DNA from: Eubacteriales bacterium
Lineage (GTDB): Bacteria; Bacillota; Clostridia; Oscillospirales; CAG-272
DNA length: 64,000 bases
Reading direction: 5' to 3'
Assembly (NCBI GenBank): GCA_045578385.1
Contig: JAZNKD010000038.1
Location: 3,341-67,340, forward strand
Below, piece by piece: positions 47,744 through 57,295 of this stretch. How positions within the stretch are numbered: position 1 is the first letter of the stretch; the number at the start of each line of letters is the position of its first letter. The position numbers were made by a program, and so were the translations under genes. The notes under the pieces were generated by a model. That model had not been told where the DNA came from. It saw only the letters and a program-made list of their open reading frames with translations, and did not search any database.

Positions 47744-47989
47744 ATGCTTATAAACAAAATTGCGCTGATTATTTCTATAATCGGTTCGCTTAACTGGGGT
47801 CTTGTAGGTCTTTTCTCCTTCGATTTGGTAGCATGGATCTCGGGAGGTCCCGAAACACTTCTTGCAAGAATTATCTATGTAATAGTTGCTCTTGCAGGTA
47901 TCTGGTGCATTTCACTTCTCTTCCACGACGATGAAGAAGTTGCCGATCACAGAAGCACGAGAATGGGCCACGGCCACGGCCACGCATAA
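47744..47989 (+). CDS. DUF378 family small membrane protein with a His/Gly tail
   Basis: IGSLNWGLVGLFSFDLVAWI is the DUF378 signature. The C-terminal tail is GHGHGHA. Confidence 0.75.
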   Translation: MLINKIALIISIIGSLNWGLVGLFSFDLVAWISGGPETLLARIIYVIVALAGIWCISLLFHDDEEVADHRSTRMGHGHGHA

Positions 47990-48222
47990 AAAATCATTTT
48001 AAATAATCTCACAAAGGGCTAGCCTGTTTTTACTTAAAATTCGGGCTAGCTTTTTTCTTTAATATAACTTGTTTGATTTTCTCCCAAAATCCTTAAAATT
48101 TCATATTATGTTAATAACAAACACTTTTTTCAGCTTTATGTTTTAAATTATTGAAAGTATGGCAAAAATATAAGCAACAGATTAAATTTCAAAGGAGAAA
48201 GAAAAGGCTTCGGGAAATGGAA

Positions 48223-48576
48223 ATGAACATAAAACGAGGAGATATATATTACGCGGACTTAAGTCCCGTTATCGGTAGCGAGCAAGGCGGATTACGCCCC
48301 GTTCTCATTGTACAAAACGACGTAGGAAATAAATATAGTCCAACCGTCATTGCCGCTGCAATTACATCAAAAATGGGTAAAACCAAGCTGCCGACTCACA
48401 TAGACGTTATAGGCAATCAGGTCGGACTCGCAAAAGACAGCGTAATACTTCTTGAGCAAATAAGAACCATAGATAAAAAAAGGCTCAAAGAAAGAATGGG
48501 CCATCTCGACGACGATACGATGAGAAACGTTAATAACGCTATAGGTGTAAGCTTCGGTCTCATCCAAGAAACTTAG
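48223..48576 (+). CDS. mazF: MazF/EndoA (PemK family) endoribonuclease toxin
   Basis: [33 protein letters not shown]...[16 protein letters not shown] is very close to B. subtilis EndoA/NdoA. The start could instead be 48217. Confidence 0.88.
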   Translation: MNIKRGDIYYADLSPVIGSEQGGLRPVLIVQNDVGNKYSPTVIAAAITSKMGKTKLPTHIDVIGNQVGLAKDSVILLEQIRTIDKKRLKERMGHLDDDTMRNVNNAIGVSFGLIQET

Positions 48577-48737
48577 CTTCCTAATTCAATATTAAATTTA
48601 AAACCGTTGTTTTTTAGAATTTAAAGATTTTGGAAACCTGCGGTTTTATTTTTTAAAACAATCATATAACCGTCTTTCGACTCATATGCTTGATTAAGCG
48701 GTAAAACGCAAAAAAGGAAAAGAAAGCGACGGCTAAA

Positions 48738-49679
48738 ATGAACAGATACAAACCAGAAGGATCAAGAATAGGAACAATTCAGAACAGAGAGTACATTTCA
48801 TCCCTCGGTGGACTTGAAAAGGCGCTCGACAAGCAATTAATACTTGAAGCACCCGCAATACTTTGCGACCATAACTTTAACCTGCATATTTCACTAGGCT
48901 GCGGAATCCCCGCAATTATTCCAAGAGAAGAATGTGAATTTAACAACGGAAGCGAACAAGTGAAAGACATTGCAATCCTGACTCGAGTGGGCAAACCGGT
49001 ATGCTTTAAGGTTACGGGCTTCAAAAAGGACGAAACGGGCGAAACCGTAGCTATATTATCAAGAAAAGCTGCGCAACGAGAATGCGTTTTAAACTACGTA
49101 TCTTCACTGATTCCCGGTGATATTATTCCGGTAAGAGTTACGCACCTTGAAAATTTCGGCGCATTCGTTGATATAGGGTGCGGTATAATTTCTCTGCTCT
49201 CCATAGACTGCATATCGGTTTCAAGAATATCACATCCGTCTGTCAGGCTGGGTGTCGGTGACTCTATGTTCGCCGTCGTTAAAAATATCGACGAGCACGG
49301 CAGAGTTTACGTTACAGAGCGCGAGTTGCTCGGCAGCTGGGAAGAAAACGTTTCGAAATTCTCAGAGGGCCAGACAGTCCGAGGAATCGTGCGAAGCGTT
49401 GAAAACTACGGAATATTCGTTGAGCTTACTCCAAATCTTGCAGGACTCGCGGAATACAAGGAGAACGTATATCCCGAACAAACAGCCGCCGTTTACATAA
49501 AAAGCATAATTCCCGACAAAATGAAAGTTAAGCTCATAATAATAGATACCACCGACGAGCCTATTTACCGTCAACCGCTTGAGTATTTTATAAACCCCGA
49601 CGAAACTCAGCATATAGACCTTTGGACGTATTCCCCCTCGGGTTCAAAGAAAATTATTGAAAGCTGTTTTTCTTCTTAA
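48738..49679 (+). CDS. S1 RNA-binding domain protein (multiple S1 repeats)
   Basis: Two clear S1 motifs are present: GDIIPVRVTHLENFGAFVDIG and GQTVRGIVRSVENYGIFVEL. Confidence 0.75.
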   Translation: MNRYKPEGSRIGTIQNREYISSLGGLEKALDKQLILEAPAILCDHNFNLHISLGCGIPAIIPREECEFNNGSEQVKDIAILTRVGKPVCFKVTGFKKDETGETVAILSRKAAQRECVLNYVSSLIPGDIIPVRVTHLENFGAFVDIGCGIISLLSIDCISVSRISHPSVRLGVGDSMFAVVKNIDEHGRVYVTERELLGSWEENVSKFSEGQTVRGIVRSVENYGIFVELTPNLAGLAEYKENVYPEQTAAVYIKSIIPDKMKVKLIIIDTTDEPIYRQPLEYFINPDETQHIDLWTYSPSGSKKIIESCFSS

Positions 49680-49836
49680 GCTTTGCTGTTTTAAACTTAA
49701 TACAAGTGCCGCATACCATAGCTTGCGGCACTTTTTGCTTTTGCTTACTTTTTTATTTGATTTATTGACATATCCCGTATATTATTGTATACTAGTTACA
49801 AAAAGATATCAATTATAATCCGAATTGGAGAAAAAG

Positions 49837-50508
49837 ATGATTTCCTTTGCCAACGATTGGGACGAAATCTTAAAGGACGAGTTTAAAAAAGATTATTATC
49901 TTTCGCTAAGAGAGTTCCTCAAAACCGAATACAACACGCAGAAAATATATCCCTCTATGAACGATATTTATAACGCGTTGCGTTATACTTCATATAGCGA
50001 CACTAAAGTGGTTATTTTAGGTCAAGACCCTTATCACGGAGAGGGACAAGCCCACGGACTTTGTTTCTCTGTAAAGCCTGGAGTTAAGTTTCCTCCATCG
50101 CTCCAAAATATTTTTAAAGAATTAAACAGCGAATACGGAACGCCTATGCCAAAAACCGGTGAGCTTACAGGCTGGGCAAACCAAGGCGTGCTGCTTTTAA
50201 ATACCACGCTTACCGTGCGCGAAAGCAAGCCTCAAAGCCACAAAGGGCGCGGTTGGGAAATTTTGACAGATAGAATAATATCACTTATAAACGAAAAAGA
50301 TACCCCCGTTGTTTTTATTCTTTGGGGCGGAAATGCAAGAGCAAAAAAAACACTCATAACCAACAAAAATCACTTAATTCTCGAATGCGCGCATCCCAGT
50401 CCGCTTTCGGCTTACACAGGATTTTTCGGCTGCAATCACTTCAGACTTGCAAACGATTTTCTGAAGAAAAATGCGCTGACAGAGATAGACTGGTCTAGAA
50501 CTGCATAA
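49837..50508 (+). CDS. ung: Uracil-DNA glycosylase
   Basis: [18 protein letters not shown] and the HPSPLS motif. The start is the ATG at 49837, after GGAG. Confidence 0.95.
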   Translation: MISFANDWDEILKDEFKKDYYLSLREFLKTEYNTQKIYPSMNDIYNALRYTSYSDTKVVILGQDPYHGEGQAHGLCFSVKPGVKFPPSLQNIFKELNSEYGTPMPKTGELTGWANQGVLLLNTTLTVRESKPQSHKGRGWEILTDRIISLINEKDTPVVFILWGGNARAKKTLITNKNHLILECAHPSPLSAYTGFFGCNHFRLANDFLKKNALTEIDWSRTA

Positions 50509-50595
50509 TTTTTTCAAAAATTAAAATTACATATTGAAATATCAAAAAAATAGTTGTATACTATACTTGTAAAGCATTTTGGAAGGAGATCGCAA

Positions 50596-51168
50596 ATGAA
50601 GCTTTTAGAAGATAAAATTTTGACAGACGGAGTTGTGCTTTCAGGCACTGTTCTTAAGGTTGATAAATTCCTTAACCACCAGATAGACGTTAAGCTCATA
50701 TGCGAGCTTGCAAAGGAATGGAAGCGACTTTTTGAAGATGAAAATATAACTAAAATAGTTACGATTGAGGCTTCGGGTATAGGTATTGCCTGCATTACTG
50801 CACTCGAATTTGACGTTCCGGTTGTCTATGCAAAGAAAATGAAAAGCTCAAATATCGGCAACGATTTGCTTTCTTCCAAGGTCGTTTCTTATACACACGG
50901 AAATACTTACAACGTAATTGCTTCAAAGGATTATATCACCAAAGAGGACAGAGTTCTTATTATTGACGACTTCCTTGCCAACGGAAGCGCGCTGCGCGCG
51001 CTTATTAAGCTTTGCGAGGCAGGCGGAGCTACGGTAGTGGGCGCAGGAATAGCCATTGAAAAGGCTTACCAAAAGGGCGGAGATGCTATCAGAGAGAAAG
51101 GTTATAGGATAGAATCTCTTGCAAAAATCGCAAAAATGAACTCCGACGGAACTATTGAATTCTGCTAA
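50596..51168 (+). CDS. xpt: Xanthine phosphoribosyltransferase
   Basis: MKLLEDKILTDGVVLSGTVLKVDKFLNHQID... and the PRPP motif VLIIDDFLANGSA. Confidence 0.92.
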   Translation: MKLLEDKILTDGVVLSGTVLKVDKFLNHQIDVKLICELAKEWKRLFEDENITKIVTIEASGIGIACITALEFDVPVVYAKKMKSSNIGNDLLSSKVVSYTHGNTYNVIASKDYITKEDRVLIIDDFLANGSALRALIKLCEAGGATVVGAGIAIEKAYQKGGDAIREKGYRIESLAKIAKMNSDGTIEFC

Positions 51169-51301
51169 AATGTAAATAATAGATGTCAAAAAGCGCAAAA
51201 TTCTCTGTTTTTGAGAATTTTGCGCTTTCATATTTTGTTGATCAAAGAATATTGTATTGTAAGTATAGATACCGTATTTTGAATATAGCTAAAACAAAAG
51301 C

Positions 51302-52138
51302 TTAAAAAACAAGAAAGTATCCCATCACAAGCACACCGAGAGCAATTCTGTATACTCCGAATGCGGAGAAGCTGTGACGCTTGACAAAGTCCATAAGGAA
51401 CTTTATAACCGCAAGTGAAACAAGATATGCAACTCCTATGCCTATAAGTAAAAGTCCTACTTCGCCTGAAGTTACCGTTACTCCCTCAAGTATTAACTTT
51501 AAAATTTTAAGTCCTGATGCGCCAAGCATAATCGGTATTGCCATAAAAAATGAGAATTCAGCTGATGCCGTACGGCTGACACCTGTTATCATACCTCCAA
51601 GAATAGTAGAGCCGGATCTTGAAGTACCCGGAACCAATGACAGAACCTGGAATGCTCCTATTGTAAGAGCATCCTTATAAGTAAGGCTTGAAATATCGCT
51701 TACACGAGGAGATTTTTTATTTTTCTTATTGAGATACTCTATCACTATAAAAGCTACACCGTAAACGACCAAAGCTATTGCAACAACCCATGGCGTGTAT
51801 AAATTAGCATCCAAAAAATCGTCAAGCAGGAAGCCTAAAACAGCAGCAGGAACAGCACCTATTATAACCTTAAGCCAAAGGCTGACAGTTGATTTTCTCT
51901 GCTCCTTCGTTTTGTCTTTGGAGAACGGCCAAAGCCTATCCCAAAACAGTGTAGGTACTGCAAGAATTGCTCCAAGCTGTATTACAACAAAGAACATTTC
52001 TTTAAATTCCTCGGATACGTCCAGCTTTATAAATTCGTCAAAAAGAATCATATGCCCTGTAGAGCTTATCGGAAGCCATTCGGTAATTCCCTCTACCAAG
52101 CCTAGAAATATCGCTTTTAATATTTCGATAAATTTCAT
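51302..52138 (-). CDS. uppP: Undecaprenyl-diphosphate phosphatase
   Basis: GLVEGITEWLPISSTGH and PGTSRSGSTI are the BacA/UppP motifs. Confidence 0.95.
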   Translation of the reverse strand: MKFIEILKAIFLGLVEGITEWLPISSTGHMILFDEFIKLDVSEEFKEMFFVVIQLGAILAVPTLFWDRLWPFSKDKTKEQRKSTVSLWLKVIIGAVPAAVLGFLLDDFLDANLYTPWVVAIALVVYGVAFIVIEYLNKKNKKSPRVSDISSLTYKDALTIGAFQVLSLVPGTSRSGSTILGGMITGVSRTASAEFSFFMAIPIMLGASGLKILKLILEGVTVTSGEVGLLLIGIGVAYLVSLAVIKFLMDFVKRHSFSAFGVYRIALGVLVMGYFLVF

Positions 52139-52174
52139 AATTTATACCCTTCAGTCGCTATTTATTTTTTCAAC

Positions 52175-53407
52175 TTAATCGGCTATTCTTATAATATCTC
52201 CTTCAGAAACAGGCTCGGAGACCTTAGCATAGAAGCTCATATATGGGTGCGGTGTGGATTCAACGGGCTTTCGATTTTCATTGAAAAGCGCTGAAATTTC
52301 AAGATTTCTTCCAACACGCCCCGGGGTTAACACCTCAATTTTATCCCCAAACTTCATTTTATTTCTCTGCGACATAAGCGCTTCTTTCGTCTCACTATTA
52401 TATTCCAGAACTACAGCAAGATATGCTTTATCCTTAAAGTATCCGTTATCCTCGGTAGTATTCGCATCCATATGCGAATCCGAGAAATAATATCCCGTAG
52501 CATAGCTTCTATGCGTTACCGAAAGAAGCTCGCGGTACCATAACGGATTATATTGATAGTTACCCGAAAAATAAGAATCTACTGCCATTTTATACGTATT
52601 AGTAACTACGGCAGCGTAGTATGCCGATTTCATTCTTCCCTCTATTTTAAATGAATTTATACCCGCTTCTATAAGCTCGGGAATATGCTCTATCGTACAG
52701 GTATCGCGGCTTGCCATAATAAACGTCTCGCCTGCGTGCTCCTCTATAGGCATAGTGCAGTCCGGGCGTTTTTCTTCGGTTATTTCATATCCTCTTACAG
52801 TATAATTCCATCTGCATGGCTGAGCACACATACCCCTGTTTCCGTCTCTGCCTATAATATGCCCCGAAAGCAAACATCTGCCCGAGTAGGATATACACAT
52901 AGAGCCGTGAATAAAGCACTCGATTTCAAGGTCCTCGGGAATTGAAGCGCGTATGACCTTAATTTCTTCAAGTGTCAGCTCTCTTGCAAGAACTACTCTT
53001 TTAGCTCCAAGACGGTACCACGCAAGGCAATCCGCGGTACTTACTGCATTTGCCTGAGTTGAAACATGAATTTCCATATTCGGCAGCATTTCAGAAACAA
53101 GCGCCATAACCCCTATATCCCCGATTATCATAGCATCAAGGGATATATCCGAAATGCTTTTTATGTATTCTTTAAGCTCGGGATATTCATTTTCTCGCGG
53201 CATAGTGTTAAGAGTCAGGTATACCTTTACTCCGCGATTATGCGCATACTCAACGGCTTCACGCATTTCTTCCACTGTAAAGTTATCGGCTGCAGCTCGC
53301 ATACCGAACATTTTTCCCGAAAGATATACTGCATCTGCACCGTAGAGAATTGCCGATTTCATTTTTTCAAAATTACCTGCAGGTGAAAGTATTTCCGGTC
53401 TTCTCAT
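52175..53407 (-). CDS. U32-family peptidase-like protein
   Basis: 410 aa with PEILSPAGN at the N-terminus and the signature E..IHGSMCISYSGRCLLS. Confidence 0.85.
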   Translation of the reverse strand: MRRPEILSPAGNFEKMKSAILYGADAVYLSGKMFGMRAAADNFTVEEMREAVEYAHNRGVKVYLTLNTMPRENEYPELKEYIKSISDISLDAMIIGDIGVMALVSEMLPNMEIHVSTQANAVSTADCLAWYRLGAKRVVLARELTLEEIKVIRASIPEDLEIECFIHGSMCISYSGRCLLSGHIIGRDGNRGMCAQPCRWNYTVRGYEITEEKRPDCTMPIEEHAGETFIMASRDTCTIEHIPELIEAGINSFKIEGRMKSAYYAAVVTNTYKMAVDSYFSGNYQYNPLWYRELLSVTHRSYATGYYFSDSHMDANTTEDNGYFKDKAYLAVVLEYNSETKEALMSQRNKMKFGDKIEVLTPGRVGRNLEISALFNENRKPVESTPHPYMSFYAKVSEPVSEGDIIRIAD

Positions 53408-53455
53408 AAATAAATTCCTCTTTTAGCATTTTAATCAATTCTATCACAAAATACT

Positions 53456-54568
53456 TTAGATTTCAATATCATTTTTATTTATTGCAATAATCGCTATTTC
53501 CCATGCAGGAAAACATATAGTCCTTCTCATATACAGCGAATAGAAAGAATGACTTTTCTTTAAGTAATTTATAAGAGAGAATATATCCTCGCTCCTGTGA
53601 TAAGCGGAGACTAGCAGGTCGGGTTTATATTTTTCTATAGTCTTATAGCTACCGATAAGTGCTTCTCTTTCTGCTCCCTCAACGTCGTATTTTATATAAT
53701 CCACAGGGCAGTCTACTATACTGTCAATTTTCACAAAGCTTACTTCTTCTACCCTCGATTCGTACGAAACGGTTGATGAAATAGATGAGTTTCTGTTGCC
53801 GCTTCCCAAAAAATATCCCTCACTGTCACTTGAATAAACAGCAGCATTTATAGGTATGATTTCGTAAGCTCCAAAGCTTTTTTCGGCAAATTTGACAAGC
53901 TTTTTATAATTTCTCCTATCCGGCTCAATAGCGTATATTCTGTATATATCCGTTCTGAAATCAATAAGCTCTTTTACCGTATCACCGTTATACGCGCCTG
54001 CATCTACCGCACAGTGAATTTGCAGCTTAAGCATTGAATATATATCCGATTTTGTTGAGTCGTATCCGAAAAGATCCTGCAATTTGCCCGAAAGCTTATA
54101 TCTGATTACAGATGCGAAAACGTTTTTTGACTGCTCATCAGTTAAAGCATCGTACGCCTCGCATATTTCCGTATAATGAGCATTATAAAATTCCTTGTCG
54201 AAATAATCCTCCCCGGCAACCGGCATATCCGGAATAAATAACGTATCGGTGCGGTCTATTTCTTCTATTAACTCTATTACGTCTGCTCTATTTGAGGCAA
54301 ATGACAAAAGAATTATAAAATCATCGTATTTTTCTCTTACTTCGGAAAGGCTTATAACTTTATATCCGCGGAAGCTATGACCCCTTACAAATCCGTCGGA
54401 TGCAAAAACCTCATCGGGTACTCTCCCGTACTTTTCAAGTCTTGCGAAAAGCTTATCTGCGCCGTTCCCCATTCCGTATACTGCAATAGGACGCGGATCT
54501 GCTGCTATATTATCCCACATATCCGATAAAGCCGGATAATCGGGAAGCTTATTTTTGATATATTCCAT
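53456..54568 (-). CDS. FkbM-family methyltransferase with an N-terminal extra domain
   Basis: The C-terminal half has VDAGAYNGDTV...IYAIEPDRRNYKKL...KYDVEGAE, the FkbM pattern. Confidence 0.7.
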   Translation of the reverse strand: MEYIKNKLPDYPALSDMWDNIAADPRPIAVYGMGNGADKLFARLEKYGRVPDEVFASDGFVRGHSFRGYKVISLSEVREKYDDFIILLSFASNRADVIELIEEIDRTDTLFIPDMPVAGEDYFDKEFYNAHYTEICEAYDALTDEQSKNVFASVIRYKLSGKLQDLFGYDSTKSDIYSMLKLQIHCAVDAGAYNGDTVKELIDFRTDIYRIYAIEPDRRNYKKLVKFAEKSFGAYEIIPINAAVYSSDSEGYFLGSGNRNSSISSTVSYESRVEEVSFVKIDSIVDCPVDYIKYDVEGAEREALIGSYKTIEKYKPDLLVSAYHRSEDIFSLINYLKKSHSFYSLYMRRTICFPAWEIAIIAINKNDIEI

Positions 54569-54650
54569 TTAAATTCTTTTCCTTATTGAATTTTTCACTT
54601 TTTTATGATAAAATCATTGTATCAAATAAATCAAAATAGGTAGGTATAAT

Positions 54651-54989
54651 ATGAATTGCTTATTCTGCTCAATCATCAACGGGGATATTCCCTCAAACAA
54701 GGTATACGAGGACGAATGGTGCTTTGCATTTCTCGATATCGCCCCTCAAGCTCCCGTACATTGCCTTGTAGTGCCTAAAAATCACATAGCTTCGGTTGAC
54801 GAGGTGAATTCCGAAAATTCTCACATCGTCGCTAAAATTTTTGAAGCTATACACGAAATTGCGAAAAAGCTTAATTTGGATAACGGATACCGCGTTATTT
54901 CAAATATAGGTGATAACGGATGCCAGTCGGTAAAGCATCTTCACTTTCACATTCTTGGGGGTAAGAAGCTCTCCGAAACCATGGCTTGA
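54651..54989 (+). CDS. HIT-family (histidine triad) nucleotide-binding protein
   Basis: CLFCSII at the N-terminus and the histidine triad HLHFHILGG. Confidence 0.92.
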   Translation: MNCLFCSIINGDIPSNKVYEDEWCFAFLDIAPQAPVHCLVVPKNHIASVDEVNSENSHIVAKIFEAIHEIAKKLNLDNGYRVISNIGDNGCQSVKHLHFHILGGKKLSETMA

Positions 54990-55103
54990 TGAGGCTTCCT
55001 TTCCGGCATAACCATAAACGAGAAGGTGGTTTTACAATAAGCAAACGATAAAAAAACAACCGCTTGATGAAAGCGGTTGTTTTTTATTGCGACGGGGTGA
55101 GAA

Positions 55104-55445
55104 TTATACTCTCTCCTTAACCTTAGCCGCTTTACCAACTCTGGAACGAAGATAATAGAGCTTAGCGCGACGAACCTTAGCACGACGGAACACTTCGATC
55201 TTCTCTACGTTGGGAGAGTGAATGGGGAAAGTCTTTTCAACACCTACGCCGTAAGAAACGCGTCTTACAGTAAAGGTCTCAGAGATTCCACCGCCGTGTC
55301 TTGCGATAACGGTACCCTCGAAGAGCTGAGTTCTTGTTTTTTCACCTTCGGTGATACGAATGTAAACCTTTACACCGTCACCAATGCCAAACTGAGGAAT
55401 TTCAGTTTTAAGCTGCTCACTTACAAAAGCCTGGATCTTTTCCAT
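55104..55445 (-). CDS. rplS: 50S ribosomal protein L19
   Basis: [38 protein letters not shown]... is canonical L19. Confidence 0.96.
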   Translation of the reverse strand: MEKIQAFVSEQLKTEIPQFGIGDGVKVYIRITEGEKTRTQLFEGTVIARHGGGISETFTVRRVSYGVGVEKTFPIHSPNVEKIEVFRRAKVRRAKLYYLRSRVGKAAKVKERV

Positions 55446-55576
55446 TTTAGGCCCTCCTTAATACTACGAACATTCGTGCGGAGCTACGCAGAGGACTGTT
55501 CTGAAATGCTGATACTAGAGCTTAGATGCTCTGACACAGTTGTAGCCATTATAACACAATCAAAGCAAAAAATCAA
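55446..55576 (-). promoter_or_regulatory. rplS promoter (TTGATT-N17-TATAAT) plus a ~95-nt structured leader, possibly an L19 autoregulatory leader
   Basis: On the minus strand the -10 is at 55548-55553 and the -35 at 55571-55576. The leader has hairpins AGAGC..GCUCU, UGCG..CGCA and ACGAA..UUCGU, and a CCUCU segment able to pair with the AAGGAGGG SD. Confidence 0.4.
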
Positions 55577-55773
55577 TATGTTTTTGAAAGTTTTTTCGTT
55601 TTTTTCGAAAAATTGACAATTTGTCGTTTTTTATCAGCTCATAAGTCGTTTTTTTATAAAATATTTTCTAACTTTATTAATTTTAAATATTGTTTTTCGC
55701 TTATAATTATGATAAAATAAAATGAATAATTATTTTTGGGCAGCATTTTATGCTATCATAATGAGGATAACTG

Positions 55774-57237
55774 ATGAAACACGAAGATTTCGATAACGAA
55801 ATTGGCGCGCTCTTTGAAGAAGACAGCGTGCTTGCGAAAGCAGTTATAAATCTGCAAAAAAGGCGAGAGCGAATCTCGGATGAAGATAAAAAAATCGAAA
55901 ACGAAAATCTCACGGAAAAATCCGAAGATAAAGATAATAAGTCTGACCTCGAGGAAAAATCAAACTATTCGGACGCAAGCGATGCTACTCTCTCTGCGAG
56001 CGACTCGTATGATTTTTCTGCAACTGTAGAAGCAGAAGAAGTTGATAATGCAGATCTTTCACTTCTTGAAACCGAAGCGTTAGCTGTTAATCCCGCAGAC
56101 GTTATTCCATATTCGGACGAAAGCGCTATTTCGGAAGTCGAGCCGAAGCAAAAGAAAAAAAAGCTTTTCGGAAAGAGTGAAAAGAAAAGCGCCGAGGTTA
56201 TTAAGCTTCTTGATTTCGTAACGAACGACAACACAGTTAATACCGCTAAAAGCACCGAACATCCCGCTCAAGATGATGAAAAGAATTTCGATGAGAACAA
56301 TACTCTTGATGCAATAACCGTATCGGATGATAGTGAAGCTGTTTCTTTGGCAGAATCTATTGACGAAGAAGCAGTTGCTATTCTCCCCGAGCCAGACGAA
56401 GAAACCGTATTGCCTGATTCGGCAGAGCCTAACGACACTGACGTTATAGATGAAAATGACATTACTCACTTGAATACCGAAGATTCGGCAGACTCGATTC
56501 CTTTGGTATTTGACGAAAGCGAATCTCTGTTCTTAACGCATTTTGATAATTCCGCTCACCAAATTGAAAGCGAAGCGGATTCAGTAAGCGAAACAGAAAC
56601 TGCGGCTACAACCAAATCCGACGTTTCCGATATTTCCGCCGAAGAAAAAATCGAAAACATCTCAGATGACAGCAACGGCTTCTCTGAGCCCAAGGTCAAA
56701 ACGAGCGAAAAATCGCGTTTTATAGACGGTATTTTCGACTTTGTAGAGCTATTCATTTTCAGCCTTGCCGCCGTTTTGCTTATTACTACTTTCTTCTTCC
56801 GTCACTCAGTAGTTGAGGGAAGCTCTATGGAGCAAACCTTGTTTAATGGAGAGCATATAATAATTTCCAAGCTTTTCTACAAGCCCGAAAGAGGCGATAT
56901 TATAGTATGCGAGGATTATTCTACAAATCTTCGCAAGCCTATTGTAAAACGAATTATTGCTGTTCCGGGAGACACTGTAGTATTTTTAAATACGGGAACC
57001 GATACGACGGTATTCGTCAACGGAGAAGAACTCGACGAAGACTATATTTACCTTGACGGAGCCGATTTCACGCCAAGCGGTGTATGGACGGTCGGTGAAG
57101 ATGAGGTTTTCGTTATGGGTGACCATAGAAACAACTCTACCGACTCGCGAGCAATCGGTCCTGTTAAAATTGACAGTATAATAGGAAAAGCTCTGTTACG
57201 CTTCTATCCTTTTGATACGTTCGGAAGAATTGAATAA
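55774..57237 (+). CDS. lepB: Signal peptidase I with a ~314-aa acidic N-terminal extension
   Basis: The C-terminal 173 aa comprise a TM segment, the catalytic GSSMEQTL, KRIIAVPGDTV and GDHRNNSTDSR. The N-terminal 314 aa are Asp/Glu/Ser-rich with no internal Met. The RBS GAGGA precedes the ATG at 55774. Confidence 0.85.
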   Translation: MKHEDFDNEIGALFEEDSVLAKAVINLQKRRERISDEDKKIENENLTEKSEDKDNKSDLEEKSNYSDASDATLSASDSYDFSATVEAEEVDNADLSLLETEALAVNPADVIPYSDESAISEVEPKQKKKKLFGKSEKKSAEVIKLLDFVTNDNTVNTAKSTEHPAQDDEKNFDENNTLDAITVSDDSEAVSLAESIDEEAVAILPEPDEETVLPDSAEPNDTDVIDENDITHLNTEDSADSIPLVFDESESLFLTHFDNSAHQIESEADSVSETETAATTKSDVSDISAEEKIENISDDSNGFSEPKVKTSEKSRFIDGIFDFVELFIFSLAAVLLITTFFFRHSVVEGSSMEQTLFNGEHIIISKLFYKPERGDIIVCEDYSTNLRKPIVKRIIAVPGDTVVFLNTGTDTTVFVNGEELDEDYIYLDGADFTPSGVWTVGEDEVFVMGDHRNNSTDSRAIGPVKIDSIIGKALLRFYPFDTFGRIE

Positions 57238-57295
57238 TTTTCTTTTATTTATTGTAAACACAGCGTCATATAACAAAACAGAAAGTGAAAAATAA

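Noticed and set aside
50509-50595. I expected a guanine/purine riboswitch upstream of xpt.
   Set aside because: The spacer is only 87 nt. It holds a TTGAAA-N17-TATACT promoter and an RBS, with no three-way-junction purine aptamer sequence.
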